From the human T2T-CHM13v2.0 reference genome, Homo sapiens, in assembly GCF_009914755.1 (NCBI RefSeq), contig NC_060926.1: a DNA stretch of 64,000 bases; one strand, 5' to 3'. The notes under the pieces are model-generated. The model ran no database searches. It saw nothing but the letters and a program-made list of their open reading frames with translations, and had not been told where the DNA came from. Both the position numbers and the translations under genes were made by a program. Of the stretch, positions 10,449 to 25,076 are shown piece after piece; position 1 is the stretch's first letter, and every line of letters starts with the position of its first letter.

Positions 10449-11479
10449 ATTTAGAGGGATATATTCCTTCTCCATTACAAACTAAACTTTCAGCGCTGAA
10501 TTATACTAAATGACTTAACTTCACACCGCAGGAGGCATAGTACAGTACGCTGCATACATGCAGCAGGGGTTTCTAGATAAATCTCAACCGATGCCAGCGT
10601 TTGGAGTCCCATCCTGAATCTGTGACTTCTAGACCAACTGCTGGAGGATATCTGTGTGTGAGGCTTTCACTCACAAGGTGCTGTCTGCTTCTCACAGCAT
10701 CCCTTTATGGTACGGTTATCTCCATTTGGCCAATTTTAGCACTGGGACTCATAACGTACCAATGGTCACATGCTAGTAAGTTAGGAAACTGAGGCTCACA
10801 CCCAGGTCTTCAGCTGTAAATACAGCACTCTTCTACTACACTGTGCCCCTTCTCCTGAGACATCTGCAACACCTTAGTTCACTCTGCAAGTTGCCTTTCA
10901 GACAAGCACCTGTGCTGGGTGAATGCCAATCCTGCCAAGCATGTGAAAGGGAATTTTAATTTCATCTGCTCCTCTACCCATGTAGAATTTTTAAAATTAA
11001 ACTTTTAATTTTGCAATAATCATAGTTGTAAGAAACAACTACAATTCCGTAACATGTAGTTGTAAGAAATAATACATCTCAGGTATCCTTTACCTAGTTC
11101 TTCCAAAGGTAAAACTTATAAAACTATAATACAGTATCACAACCAGGATATTGACATTGATAGTCAAGGTACAGAACATTTTTATCATCACTAGATTCCC
11201 TCAAAACTCCTGACATTCACTAACCTGTTCTCCATTTCTATAATTTTATTACTTCAAGAACATTATATAAATGGGATCATAGAGTCCGTAGCCTTTTGGG
11301 ATTGTCTTTTTATGTTCATCTCTGGGGACTCCTCCAGGTTGTTACTGTACTAATAGTCCATTCCTTTTGACTGCTGAGTAGTATCCTGTGGTATAGATGT
11401 ACCAGCGTGCTTAGCTATTCACCTATTGAAGGACATCTAGGTTGTTTCCAGATTGGGACTATTACAAAAACTGCTATAA

Positions 11480-11857
<378 letters not shown>

Positions 11858-12243
11858 TGACCAAGGGTGCAATTGCTAGGTTATATGGTAATTGCATGTT
11901 TCTTTTTTTTTCTAAAGAAACTTTCAAACTGCTTTCCACAATGATTATGCCATTTTACATTCCCACCAGCAATCTAGAAGTGATCAGTTCCTCCACATCC
12001 TCTCTAACCTGTAATGTTGTCACTATTTTTTATGTTAGCCATTCTTATAAGGGTGTATCTCACTGTGCTTTGATATCAGGGTAATACTAGCTTCATATAA
12101 TGAATTAGTAAATATTTCCTTTTCTTCTACTTTCTGGAAGAGATAGTGTAGAACTGGTGTTAATTATTCTTTAAACATTTGGTAGAATTCTGCATTGAAA
12201 CCATCTGGCCTGGAGATTTTTTTTCTGAGAGTTTTTAAATTAG

Positions 12244-12561
<318 letters not shown>

Positions 12562-13381
12562 TAAATTTCCTAATTATTATAGGGTCTACTCAAATTATAT
12601 ATTTCATGTTGGGTGAGTTGCGGTAATTTGTGTTTTTCTGAGGGAGTGGTTCATTCAGCCTAAGGTGTCAAACTATGTATATAGACTTGTTCATAACAGT
12701 CTATTATTATCCTTTTGATAACTGCAGGGTCTGTAGTGATAGCCCCTCTTTCATTCCTGATATTGACAGTTTGTGTTTTCTCTCTGTTTTTGTCAGTTTT
12801 ACTCTTAAAATTGACTATTTTATTGACCTTTTCAAAAAAAATAAAACCTCTGTTTCATCAATTTTCTCTATTGTGTTTCTATTTTCAATTTCATAGATTT
12901 CAGATATTACCTTTATTATTTCCTTCATTCTGTTTGCTTTGGGTTTATTTTGAGCTCTTCTAAGTTCTTGAGTTGGAAGCTTCTGTTATTGATTTCAGAC
13001 TTTCCTTCTTTTCTAATGTAAGCATTTTGTTCTATACATTCCCTTCTTGGCACTGTTTTAGCAGTGCCCCACAAATGCCAAGATGTTGTATTTTCATTTT
13101 ATTTACTTCAGGGTAGTTTTTATTTTCCTTGAGCCCTCCTCTTTGACCCATGGATTATTTTGAAGTGTGCTGTTTAGTTTCCAAGTGCTTGGAGATTTTC
13201 CATTTATCTTTCTGTTATTGATTTCTAGTTTGATTTCACTGGGTCAGAGAACATACTCTGTATGTTTTCAATTCTTTTAAATTTCTTAAGGTCTGTTTTA
13301 TGGTACAGGATATGGTCTATCTTGGTATAACGTTCTGTGGGCCCTTGAAAACAACATGTATTCTATTGTTACTGAATGGAG

Positions 13382-13706
<325 letters not shown>

Positions 13707-13805
13707 TTGAATGGAGTTTTCTATAAATGTTGATAAGATTCTGTTGATTAATATTTGCTGAGTTCTTCTATCCTTGCTGATTTTCTGTTTAGCTTTTCAT
13801 CAATT

Positions 13806-14127
13806 ATTTATTTATTTATTCGAGACAGGGATTTGCTCTGTCGCACAGGCTGGAGTGCAGTGGCACGATCTCAGCTTACTGCAGCCTCTTCCTCCCAGGT
13901 TCAAGTAATCTCCCAGCTCAGCCTCTTGAGTAGCTAAGACTATAGGCGTGCGCCACCACACCTGGCTAATTTGGGTTTTTTGTTGTTGTTGTTGTTTCTT
14001 TTTTTTTGGTAGAGATGGGGTTTTGGCATGTTGTGCAGGTTGGTCTCAAAGTTCTGGGATCAAGCAATCTGCATGCCTTGGCCTCACAAACTGCTGGGAT
14101 TACAGGCATGAGCCACCGTGCCTGGTC
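13806..14127 (-). mobile_element. AluJ-type
   Basis: Diverged antisense dimeric Alu with (TTTA)n tail. Confidence 0.88.
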
Positions 14128-14421
14128 TACGTCAATTTTTGAGAGAGGCGTGTTGTGCTTTCTAAATACAGTTGTGGATTTTCCTATTTCTCCTGTCTAT
14201 TCTGTGAGTTTTTGCTATCCATATTTGGAGCTCTGTTGTTTGGTGCCTATGCAGTTAGAGTTGCCACTTTTTTCTTGGCAATTGACCCTTTATCATGACA
14301 TAACATCCTCCTCTGTCTCTGGTAATTTTCTTTCCTTTGATATTTACTTTAATATTAATATAACCAATCTTGCTTTCCTTTTATTAATGTTTGCGTAATA
14401 TATCATTTTCTAGCCTTTTAC

Positions 14422-15143
14422 TTTTTTAACCACTTTAGCCATTTGTAGTGTACAGTTCAGTGGTGTTAACTACATTCACATTGTTGAACAACCATCACCA
14501 TCATACAGCTCTAGAACTTTTTTAATGTTCCCAAACTAAAACTCTATACTCATTAAACAATAATTCCCCATTTCCCCCTCTCCTCAGCCCCTGGAAATCA
14601 ACATGCTACTTTCTAGTTCTATGAATTTGACTATTGTAGGTACCTCATAGAAGTGAAATTATACAGTATTTGTCCTTTTGTGACTGGCTTATTTCACTTA
14701 GTACAGAGTGTATTCAAGATTCATCTATGTTGTAGCATATGTCAAGTTTTTTCCTTTTTAAAGCTGAATAGTATTCCATTGTATGTATATATCACATTTT
14801 TGTAATCCATTCATCCATTAGGAGACACATAAGTTTCTTCCACCTTTTGGCTATTGTTAATAAATCTGATATAAACATTGGTATACAGATATCTTTTCAA
14901 GTCATCACTTTCATTTCTTTTGGATACATACCCAAAAGTAAAATTGCTGGACCATATAATAATTTTATGTTTGATTTTTTGAGGAGTCACCATGTTGTTT
15001 TCTATAGTGACTTCAGCATTTTGCATTACTACCAGCAGCACACAAATGTTCCAAATTCCCCACATTCTTGCCAACACTTGTTATTTTCTGTTGTGTTTGT
15101 GTGTATTTATGTGTATCTTTAATAATAACCATCCTAATGGGTC
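14422..15143 (-). mobile_element. L1MB-type 3' end nested in the older L1
   Basis: gtgtacagttcagtggtgttaactacattcacattgttg...tatgaatttgactattgtaggtacctcat...ttccaccttttggctattg...cattcttgccaacacttg. Confidence 0.8.
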
Positions 15144-15448
15144 TGGAGTGCTTCCATCTTTTGCTTTTAACCTGCCTTTATCATTATATTTGCAGCAAGT
15201 TTCTCATATACAGCATACAGTAGAGTTATGTGTTTTGATCCACTTAGGCAATGTCTGCCTTTTAGTTGGTGTTTTTAGACCATTTACAGTTTAAGTGATT
15301 ATTAATATATTAGGGCTTATCTCTGCCATTTTATTTCTTTTGTTTTCAGTTACTTTTTTCCTTTTCTCACTTTCTAGTGGGTTGCTTAAATATTTTGTAG
15401 AATTCCATTAGGATTTTTCTATAATTTTTTGGTTTATCTCTTTGCAGA

Positions 15449-15768
15449 GTTTTTTTTTTGTTTTTGTTTTTTTTTTTTTTTTTTTTTTACAGAGTCTTGC
15501 TCTGTTGCCCAGGCTGGAGTGCAGTGACATGATCTCAGCTCACTGCAACCTCCAGCTCCCAGGTTCAAACTATTCTCATGCCTCAGCCTCCTGAATAGCT
15601 GGGATTACAAGCATGTGCCACCATACCCGGCTATTTTTTTTTTTTCCCAATAGAGACAGAGTTTTGCCATGTTGGCCAGGCTGGTCTCAAACTCCTGGTC
15701 TCAAGTGATCTGCCCACCTCCGCCTTCCAAAGTGCTGGGATTACAGGCGTGAGCCACTGCGCCCAGCC
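15449..15768 (-). mobile_element. AluS-type
   Basis: Antisense Alu; approximate TSD tctttgcagag/tctttgcatag. Confidence 0.9.
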
Positions 15769-18700
15769 ATCTTTGCATAGCTTTTTAGTGGTTGCTCTAG
15801 GTATTGCTTTATATGTACATAATTTATCACAGTCTACTGGTGTTGACATTTTACCAGTTTGAATAAATATAAAAACCTCACCTTCCTTTATATTACATTA
15901 CACTCCTGTTTTTATTACTGCCTTAAATATTTCCTCTAGATATATTCAGAACCACATTAGAAAGTGTTTTAATGTTTGCTTCAACCATCAATCATAATTT
16001 AGAAAACTCTCGTAAAGCCTATTGTAATAGCTCATATTTTTGCTTAACACGTTCTTTCTTCCTTCCTAATATTCCAAAGTTCCTTCTTCTTTTTTTCTTT
16101 TCCTTATGTGTGGAGAACTTCCTTTAGGGTTGGTCTACTTGCAACAAATTCTGTTCATCTTCCTTCATCTCAAAATGTCTTGATTTTCTCTTTATTCCTG
16201 AAGGATATTTTAGCTAGCTATAGAATTCTAACCATTCTTTCCTTTCAGTACTTAAAAATTATTATGCTGCTTCCTTCTGTTTTCCATGGTTTCTGATGAA
16301 AAAATCCACCGTCATTTAAATTTTTTTCTTGTACATAAGGTTTCATTTTTGTCTGGCCACTTTCAAGATTTTTTTGTTTGTCTTTAGCTTTCAGAAACTA
16401 AATTATCATGTCTTGGTGTGGATTTCTTTGAGTCTATTCTCTTTGGTATTTGCTCAGCTTCAGAAGTCTGTAATTGTATATCTCTTGCTTAGCTTGGAAA
16501 CTTGCCAGTGATTGTTTCTTCAAATATTTTAAAATTCCTTTCCTCTTTCTCTTCTTCTGAGACTCCAATGATGCAAATGTTAGATCTTTTGCTATGGTCC
16601 CATCAGCACCTAAAGCTCTATTTGTTTGTTTGGGGTTTTTCTTTCCAGTTTCTCTCTGTTGCTCAGAATGGATAATTTCTATTTTTCTATCTTCCAGTTC
16701 TCCAATCCTTTCCTCTGTCCCCTCCATTCTCTTGTTGAGTCCATCAATTAGGTTTTAAAATTTTGCTGATTGTGTTTTTTATTTCTCACATTTTATTTGG
16801 TTCTGCTTTATATTATCAATTTCATTGTTGAGAGTTTCTTTTTTCACTGACGCTTTCTATTTTTCTATTTGTTTCTATCGTGTTCATAATTGCTTGTTGA
16901 AGCTTTTTTACCACAGCTGCATTAAAAACCTTCATCAAATGATTCTATCATCTGTCATTTCAGTGTTGCCATCTATCAATTGTCTTTTTAAGTATGATGA
17001 CAATTGAAGAGAAACCTGGACATCTTCATATTATTTTCTGGTTTAGCTGGCTTTCTTTGACAATGCAGGGGAAGAGGGAGCTTGCTGCCTCATTATTGAC
17101 ACATGGAGGTAGAATACCAGTTTCTCCACTCAGGCTCCATTGACATAGGGGAGGGGAGTGTGCGTTGCTGTTGCTGGTGGGTGGGAGTTCTGGCTTCCAA
17201 TGTGGTCTCCACTGACGCCATTGTGGAAGTGGCCTCATTATTGCTGGGCAATTGTGGAAGTCCTGACTCTCCACTAGGTCTCCTCTAACACCACCCCAGC
17301 CGAGGATGGAGGTGCATGTCATACTCTCAGGTGGGGAGGGAAGTCCAAGCTCCCTTTGTGGTTTCCACAGACATGGTGGGGAGAGGTGTGCATCATGACT
17401 GGCCAGCAGGGACAAAAGTTGGCTCTCTGCTTGGCCTTCCCTAATCCCACTCTTTGGGGGTGTTAGGGCTCCGCATCATGGCGTAATGAGGACAGACATC
17501 TGGGCTCCCCACTTGGCTTTCACTTATGAGGGTGGAAGTGGGCCAAAGTTTTTCCATGGTGTCTGGCTGCAGTAGAGCTGTCATTGTCTGGAAGGGTTCT
17601 GTCTTGCTAGGCTGCCCCTTTCCTGGTACTTTGGCTAGAGAGAGCTAGCTTTTATGGGCACTTTTTTGCCTGTGCTTGTTGCTGTTTCCAGGTTTCTGGC
17701 TTCTTCAATTGCACGTCTGGGACGTATGAGGCAAAAAGAAAACCCAGAGAACTCATCACTGTGTCATTCCTTGGGTCCCATGGTCCTAACCACCTGCCTT
17801 CTTCCCTCTACCTTTCAGAGTCTTTATGTGTTTGTTTTATATATAATATTAATGGCTTTAAGTTGTAGGAAGAATAGGGGAAAGTATGTTTATTCCATCT
17901 TCCCAAAAGTACAAGTCCAAGAGAATGGTTTTTAGCAGTGGATTTTTTTTTCTAATGAGGCTCATTTCAACAACAGCATGATGTTGTTTAGTCAAAATCA
18001 ATAAAGACTATAGATATTTTGTATAGCCAAAGGCATAAGAATGAACATCAGCACTTACCACCCTGTTCTGAGACACACGAATAGTTGTTCCATGAGAAAA
18101 ATACTTCTCCGTGATCAAAAACATCTGGGAAAGGTTGCATTTTATGCCCCCTCACTTCGGAATTCTTGATGAAGTTAGCATATTAAATACTCTGAGAAGA
18201 TCTGAATGTAGTGAATTTTTTCAATCCAGTGTTTCCCAAATTCAGCTAAGCAGGAAACATGCTTTCCCAGCGTACTTACAATATCCTATACTATACTCCT
18301 GTCCACTTTGGAAATAGTGTCCACTGAGCCATATAATCTGGGGAGTTATCTCAGGACCCACCCTTCACAAGGGAGGGGACTGGCATCTTACTGGGTGTGC
18401 TGTGCCCCCAGGTCCACAAAATGATCAAAGGTCATTCTGTCTTGACAAAACATGCAGAGGAGAGTGGTGGGGAGAACATAGTAATCCTTTTCATTTTCCA
18501 ACTCCAATAACCTCTGTGCCTTTATTGTTTTCTTTAAGTCTACACCAACCTCTACCAGGTAAGAGGGAAAAGTATTACTATCTCCATGTTACAGGTGACA
18601 GAGGCTCAGAGAAATAAAAGTATATTTGTTGAAGAGCCAGATCTAGAACTGCAGGCTTTGGGCTACAGGGCCCTCCATAATTACTGAGCCCCTGTGATTC

Positions 18701-20371
18701 TAGCCTGGAGCCCGACCCTGCCAGAAGCAGGTGCAGTCTGACCTCCTGTGCCTGCCCTCCAGGACCCTGGGCCCTGAATCCTAGCTTGGCCTCCCTAGCA
18801 AAAAATAATAATAATAATAAATAACCCCAAGGGGCTTCCAGAACATGGCTCCCTGCTCACTGTCCCATACAGGGCTCTTCCAGGATGGCCTTCTTGCTTT
18901 CCAGAAACCTTTGTTCCATGGAAAACAAGTGCTGTTTTCCAGAACAAAGCCTCCAGGGAAGTGAGGGGAAGCTAGAATCCTAAATACAGGATGAGGCTCA
19001 GAATTGCTCCCTGGCCCTCACTTCCTCTGCAGCCATCACAGCCCACTGTGTGACTTGAGAGAGGAAGTGGCTGGGACTTCAGAAAGTGGATTTACTGGGA
19101 AGAAATGATTCCAGTAAACATAACCTCCAAGCGGCATGCCCCCGCCTCCCCCTCAGAACTACACAATAGTGACTTGTCTGCCGTGTCGCCTTCAGGGAAT
19201 GGGGAAAAGGAAATGACCACTCTTATTTTGAGGAAGGTTCAGCATGAGGGCAAGGTCATTGAATAAAATGAGCCAAGGGATGATGCTGTAAAAACAAAAC
19301 ATTCATCCCAGAAAAGAGCTCCTGTCTGAAGGATTACATTTCTCTGCCTCCATGGTTATAGCACAGCCTCCCTTTTCTCCGCAAATGGCCACAGAGGAGG
19401 GCAATTCTTTGGAAAGGGAAGAACTGAGAGAACAAGGGATTTTATGGTTGACATCACTGGTCTGACTGGCCTTGCCAGAAAATGGAATTTATTTTGGCCC
19501 TGCAATTAGTTCTTCCTTCCCACTTAACAATTCTTCTTGCTGCTAAAGACATTAACTGAAGCATTAAATTCTTAAAATATTTCCCCCACTAGCCAAGCCT
19601 GGCTGCTGCAATGGCAATAGGAGTCTTTTGCTTTAAGTCATTGAAGGCCACTGTTAAAATCTAGCTACAACCTGCAGGAGGGAAAATAGCATCCATTGTT
19701 CACTCTTTAGCTGGGATTAGTTTTTCCAGCTTGACCAGATAGGCTTAAAGAATCCGACATAAGACTGATTCCTGGACATAAGACTGATTTGACTGGGAGA
19801 GAGGTCAGGAGAACATGGAGCATGTCCGAAACAGCTGGCCCAAGAGGGGTCCCCAAAAGTTACTGTGATCAGGCTGGGGCCAGCACGAGAGCCCCGGGCA
19901 CTTGGGCAAGCCCAGGAGACACAGTGAGAGGGAAGGAGGGGTGTGAAAGGCAGGTGAAGGAGCGCCAGCCTCAGACCATAGTTCCACCCCCACCGCGCGC
20001 TAGCACCGCCACTGTCCTCTAGGCAGCTCTGAGAGGAAGGAACAAGGAGAGTCCAGAGAGCCAGGTTCTGTCATTACCACCTAGCTATAGAGCCTGGGGC
20101 AATCGCTTCACCTTCAAGACCACTTCCTCCTTGGGCTAGATCTGCTCCAAGGCCACTTTCAGCTCTAACATGCCATGTTTAAAAAATATATATTTTAAGG
20201 TATTTTTTTCTTCCTTCCACCACCCCAGATTTGCATATTTATCACATGATCACCTCAATCAATGACAGAAGTGCATGAAGTAAAAAGTGAAACACCCGCC
20301 CAGCCCCGCAGCCTCACCTCACCCAGGTTGTTGACCCCAGGGCTTCATTTCCAGACAACTGGAGCGGAGGG

Positions 20372-20590
20372 GAGTGTTTAAGATCCCGGGCTCCAGACGC
20401 AAAAGGCCCAGTTCAAACCCATGCTGTGCTCCTTCCCACTGTGAGGCCTTAGACACAGCTCTCCCTGCCTGCCTGCTTCCTCATCTGTAAAACTAGGACA
20501 ATAATAGTGGCTGTGTTTCTGTGAATTAACACACAGAACCACAACAATGCCCGGACACCATGTTCCCTACATGCTAGCTGTTTGTATTGC
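20372..20590 (+). mobile_element. MIR
   Basis: gtgtttaagatcccgggctccagac...cagttcaaaccc...ttcctcatctgtaaaactaggacaataatag. Confidence 0.7.
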
Positions 20591-21699
20591 ATCTGACTTT
20601 CACTCACAGTAAGGGAGCGATAACTATAACAGAGGTGAGTGCTACCTTTAAGGAGCTCACAGTTGAAAGTCACCCCCGCAAATGTCAAGACCCACTTTTT
20701 GTCTGTTCCATGCCCCTCTATGTGGAAGGAGGGAAGGAGATGTCGGTTAGAGTGGAGCGTAGCTCCCGGGACTGACCCATCACACAGGTCGCAGCATCGT
20801 GTGGAATCACTTCAGCCAGACGAGCCATCAGAAGGAAGCTAGATAACCCATTTAAAAACAAACATCTTAAAAGGGCATTGCAGATAAAACAATAGAGGAA
20901 AAAAACTGAATTTCCTATTAATTATGATGTGTTTTTTAAAAAATACAATCCATGCGGAAATTCCCAATCAGGCATTGTCTGGTGTTGAATACTCTGCAGT
21001 AGAGAAATGCTGCTTGTCATGGGGAACACAAAATTCCTCCTGTCCTTATGCACCCTAGTTCCTGAGGATTATGTCCTGTCTTTTTCAGCCTGCACCCTAA
21101 AAATAGCTGGTGCTATTTCCAGGTTCCCCAGCAGAGTCTCCATCCAAATGTATCCTATCAGCTTCTCCAGCTCAAGATCACAACAGCTCACCCCTGGATT
21201 GATGTGGGAGCCCATGACCTCAGGCTTCCAGTCTCCCCCACTGGCCAGGTCCCAGTGAAGCTTTTGCCCCTACCCCCTGAGTGCCAGCTTCCCCTTCCTC
21301 TGACTCCTTAATGCTTTATGCCTGTTACAGAGGGGCATCAGGGGCTGGCAGAAACCAGGGGCTGATTGGAATCAGGTCCTGCCCTAACCTCCATGGTTCT
21401 CAGTATTCTTGCCTATAAAATGTGCCAATAATAGCGTCTGCTTCATAGCCTTACAGCAAAGACTAAGTGGGATGATAATGTAGATAAAATGCCTGTCATC
21501 ATGTCCAGCACATAGATAATGTTCAAGAAAAATTGTCCCCATTGTCACTTCCCATTAGAATGGCATGTTTGTTGGGGCTGTCTGCCTCCACAGACTGTGA
21601 GCTCCTCAAGGGCCAGAACTATGCATTATCCACCTCTGTATCTCTGATTCTCTGTGGCTCCAAACTCTAGAACAGCAGTAGTATACAGTAGGTACCCAG

Positions 21700-22163
21700 G
21701 GGATCAGTTATTTATTGCCACAATAATGCTGCACAGCAAACCAAACTTAAAACCACAATTCATTTAGCCCATGATTCAGCAATCAGGCTGTTTAAGCCAA
21801 GCTCTGCCTGGGGGGTTCTTCTGGTCTCCACTGGGCCCAGCCACAGGCCATGTAGGCACTGCTTCTACTTATGGGGGTGGTGGGGAGAGATGGACCACGT
21901 GTCCGTCATCAACCAGCAGCAAGGCCTGGCAGAGTTCTTACAGGGAGAAGAGCAAAAGGCCGCGGGGCTTTTTGAAACTGGCACATTGTTACTTTCACTA
22001 CATTCTATTGGCCAAAGCAAGTCACAAGGCCCGCTCAGATTTAAGGGATGGAAAAATAGACTCTGTCTCTTGATGGGAAGAGTGGTGAAGCCACGTTTAA
22101 AGGGCATGGATTCAGAGAGGGGTGGGAATTGTCACCCCTTTCTGAATTTTTGTGATCTACCAC
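21700..22163 (-). mobile_element. MLT1 (G/H-type) solo LTR
   Basis: tcagttatttattgccacaataatgctgc...cattctattggccaaagcaagtcacaaggcc...gatctaccaca. Confidence 0.75.
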
Positions 22164-24114
22164 ACCCAGTTTTTCATATGAAAGAGGTAAGTTAGAGAAA
22201 AATGAACGAAAAGAGCAATGAGAAGAAAAACCCAATTTATGTCCTCACAATCATGGGCAAGGACACTTAAATTCTAGGTTGCTCAATACAAGCAAGATGA
22301 AAATTGACCTCTCAAACCATTATGTAGTTGAGAGTTCTCTAAGGTACAGTAAAGAGAATATGTGCCAATCAGGGCATAAATCAAGACACTCCTTTCCTGG
22401 TGTCTTGGGAAGGCAGATGGGCCTGGATTTATCGAGGACACTCAGCCTCCTGACAGCAGTATAATTACAGACACCAGCGTCATTAATCAGCAATCCGCCA
22501 GTGACCGAGGAGTCTATAAACCTCCAACTCTCTCGGTTCCAAAATTGATTTGACTTAAAAACAATTATTTAAATTCCACATGCTTGAGCATTTGGCTTAG
22601 GAGAATGTAGGAAAAATATCAAAAAGAAAAGTTTGTGTTTTTTATTCATCTCCACCTTCAGAACATTGAAAGTTTTTATTAGCCCATCAGTAATTGGATG
22701 AACCTTCTGTTTCACACACACACCACCCACCTTCTATCAGAGAGACTCTCACCAAAGATCCTCCAGCTGTGATGTCTGAAAACTCAATTCAGTGATGAGC
22801 TAAGGGACCCACTCACCTAAAAAGGTGCTGAAAGGCACAGGCATGGAGTTAGGTGACTTCCATGGAGCCAGCTCCCTAGAGAGACTAGTCAGTTTCTGCC
22901 TATGTGTAACCATCCTTTCCAAAGGTTCTCCATCCTTCTGGACCCCCCTTTTCTTCAATACCAAATAAAATGGTATTGGTATTGAGAAAAGTCCCCATTC
23001 CTGGTGCAGGAGGTCTAGCATCCCTGAATGTATCCATGCATTTGTAGCAGTAAGAGCTCACATTCTTCTGGTCGGTCCTTGCCTAGAGTCTGCTTCCTCG
23101 CTGGACCACAATTCCTGCAATGCCCCCGTCTCCCCTTTCTTGGGATGTTCTGCTATGGCACAAAATCTCTTTTCTGCAAGGGTCTTTGTACACAAGCTAC
23201 ACATAACAGATTTTACTGAAGGTTTGGTGGCCAAAAGAGGGTCATTACAGCATAGACTACAAGGTAAATTCATGATCAGGCAGACATCACTTCTAGTTTT
23301 AGGCTGCCTCTGCTTCCCAGGGAGGCTTCCTCTCTGGTCCCGTCTTCCATATGTTCCAGCCTTAGGCCATGCCACTGGGCCCCATGACCCCCTCAGAGCT
23401 GCCTCTAGACGACTCTGTCATCTCCTGCTGGTCTGTTCTTCTAGCTTCTCAACTCATCTACATCCTGGACACCAAAAACCTTCAACATTTCTTCATTTCC
23501 AAGAGCAATTTAGCCTTCCTTTGTTTCATCTTTACTCATCCAGCTCAGGCCCAGAACCTGATCTCTCAGCAGTAGCAGGGCTCCTGTCATTTTTCCCAAA
23601 CAATAGGGCCACTCAACCTCTGGGAACAATTATCTTCCTCCCAGACCAATGAAAAAAATCGCACTCGACTTTTAAAGTAACAGATGTTTTCTCTCATCTT
23701 TCCACACTGTCCACCACGTGATTTGAAAGCTTAGAGAGACCTGCCTCACCCCCCAAGCCTGACACCCCTGCCAAGAAGGTCATCTCTTCAGGTTAAGGGA
23801 TTATATCCAGAAGATGCACATAACCACACATTTCATTTGGGAAGAGTAACCCACCAGGTCTCAAACTACAAGTTCTCAAACTTTAGCGCATATACCAATC
23901 TTCTGGTGCACATGTTAAAAATACAGCTTCCCTGGCCCTAACCTGACACAGCAGACAGTAGAACCTAGGAATCTGCATTTTTAAAAGTCTTTCATCTCCA
24001 CCCTCCCCCAAGTGCTTCTGATGCAGGGGATCAGCTGCTCACACCTGGAGCAATTCTGTGCTTCTGCTTGATTTATAGCATGGAATGCAGGAAGGCCGAG
24101 GGTCCAATCAACAT

Positions 24115-25076
24115 CTCAAGGTTTCCTAGGGCTGCTGTAACAAATTGCCACAAACTTAGTGGCTTAAAGCAACAGAAATGTGCAGCATTGTTCATAATGA
24201 CCAAAAAGTGGAAGCAACCCGAATGTCCATCCACAAATAAGTGTATAAACAAAATGGATGTTACACACAGTGAAATATTATTCAGCCTGAAAAAGGAAGA
24301 AAACTCTGACACATGCTGTGACATGGATGACCCTTGAAGACATGATGCTACATGAAATAAGCCAGACACGGAAGAACAAATACTATACGGTTCCATGTAT
24401 ATGAGATACCTAGAGGAGTCAAATCCATAGAGATGGAAAGTAGAATAGTGGTTACCAGGGTCCAGTGAGGAGGGGAGGATGGATGATTTATTTTCATGAA
24501 TATAGAGTTTAAGTTTGGGATAATGAAAAAAGTCTGGAGATGGATAGTGTTGATGGGTGCACAACAACGTAAATGCACCAATGCCACCAAACTGTATATT
24601 TTAAGAGGGTGAGAATGGTAAATTTTATGTGATATGTATTTTTACACAATTTTTTAAAGCTAAAAGATAAACAGTCCCAGCCCCAGAAATGTACTCTCTC
24701 ATCGTTCTGGAGGTTGGAAGTTGAAAATCAGTATCACTGGGCTGCAGTCAAGGCATTGGCAGCCCCACACTCTCTCCAGAGGCTCTAGCAGACAATCTTT
24801 CTTTGCCTCTTCCAGCGTCTGGTGCATCCTTGGCTTCTGGCCACAAAACTCCAGTTTCTGTCTCCATCTTCACATCACCTTCTCCTCTTCTCTCTGGTTG
24901 GGGAATCTCCCTCTGACTCCTTCCTGTAAGGGCACTTAGGATGGCATAATCTTCCCATCTCTAGGTGTTCAAGTCCATCGCATCTGCCAAGTTCTTTTTC
25001 GCCATATAAGGTAACATTCATGGGTTCCAAGGATTAGGATGGGATATGTTTGGGGGATCATTATTCGGCCTACCAT
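24115..25076 (-). mobile_element. MLT1C/D solo LTR split by an L1MB 3' end
   Basis: tttcctagggctgctgtaacaaattgccacaaacttagtggcttaaagcaacagaaatg | resumes ~24693 ctctcatcgttctggagg...ccatataaggtaacattca...ctaccata. Confidence 0.8.
24182..24683 (+). mobile_element. L1MB-type 3' end
   Basis: gcagcattgttcataatgaccaaaaagtggaagcaaccc...aaatccatagagatggaaagtagaat...ggtaaattttatg. Duplicated cagaaatgt at 24173-24181 and 24684-24692. Confidence 0.82.

Noticed and set aside
19756-19789. Short tandem duplication gacataagactgatt x2 (a similar 16-bp duplication is at ~54694-54723)
   Set aside because: Ordinary local slippage duplications with no further structure.
23140-23652. 170-aa ORF
   Set aside because: Non-ATG start and no recognisable protein family or splice-supported exon structure.
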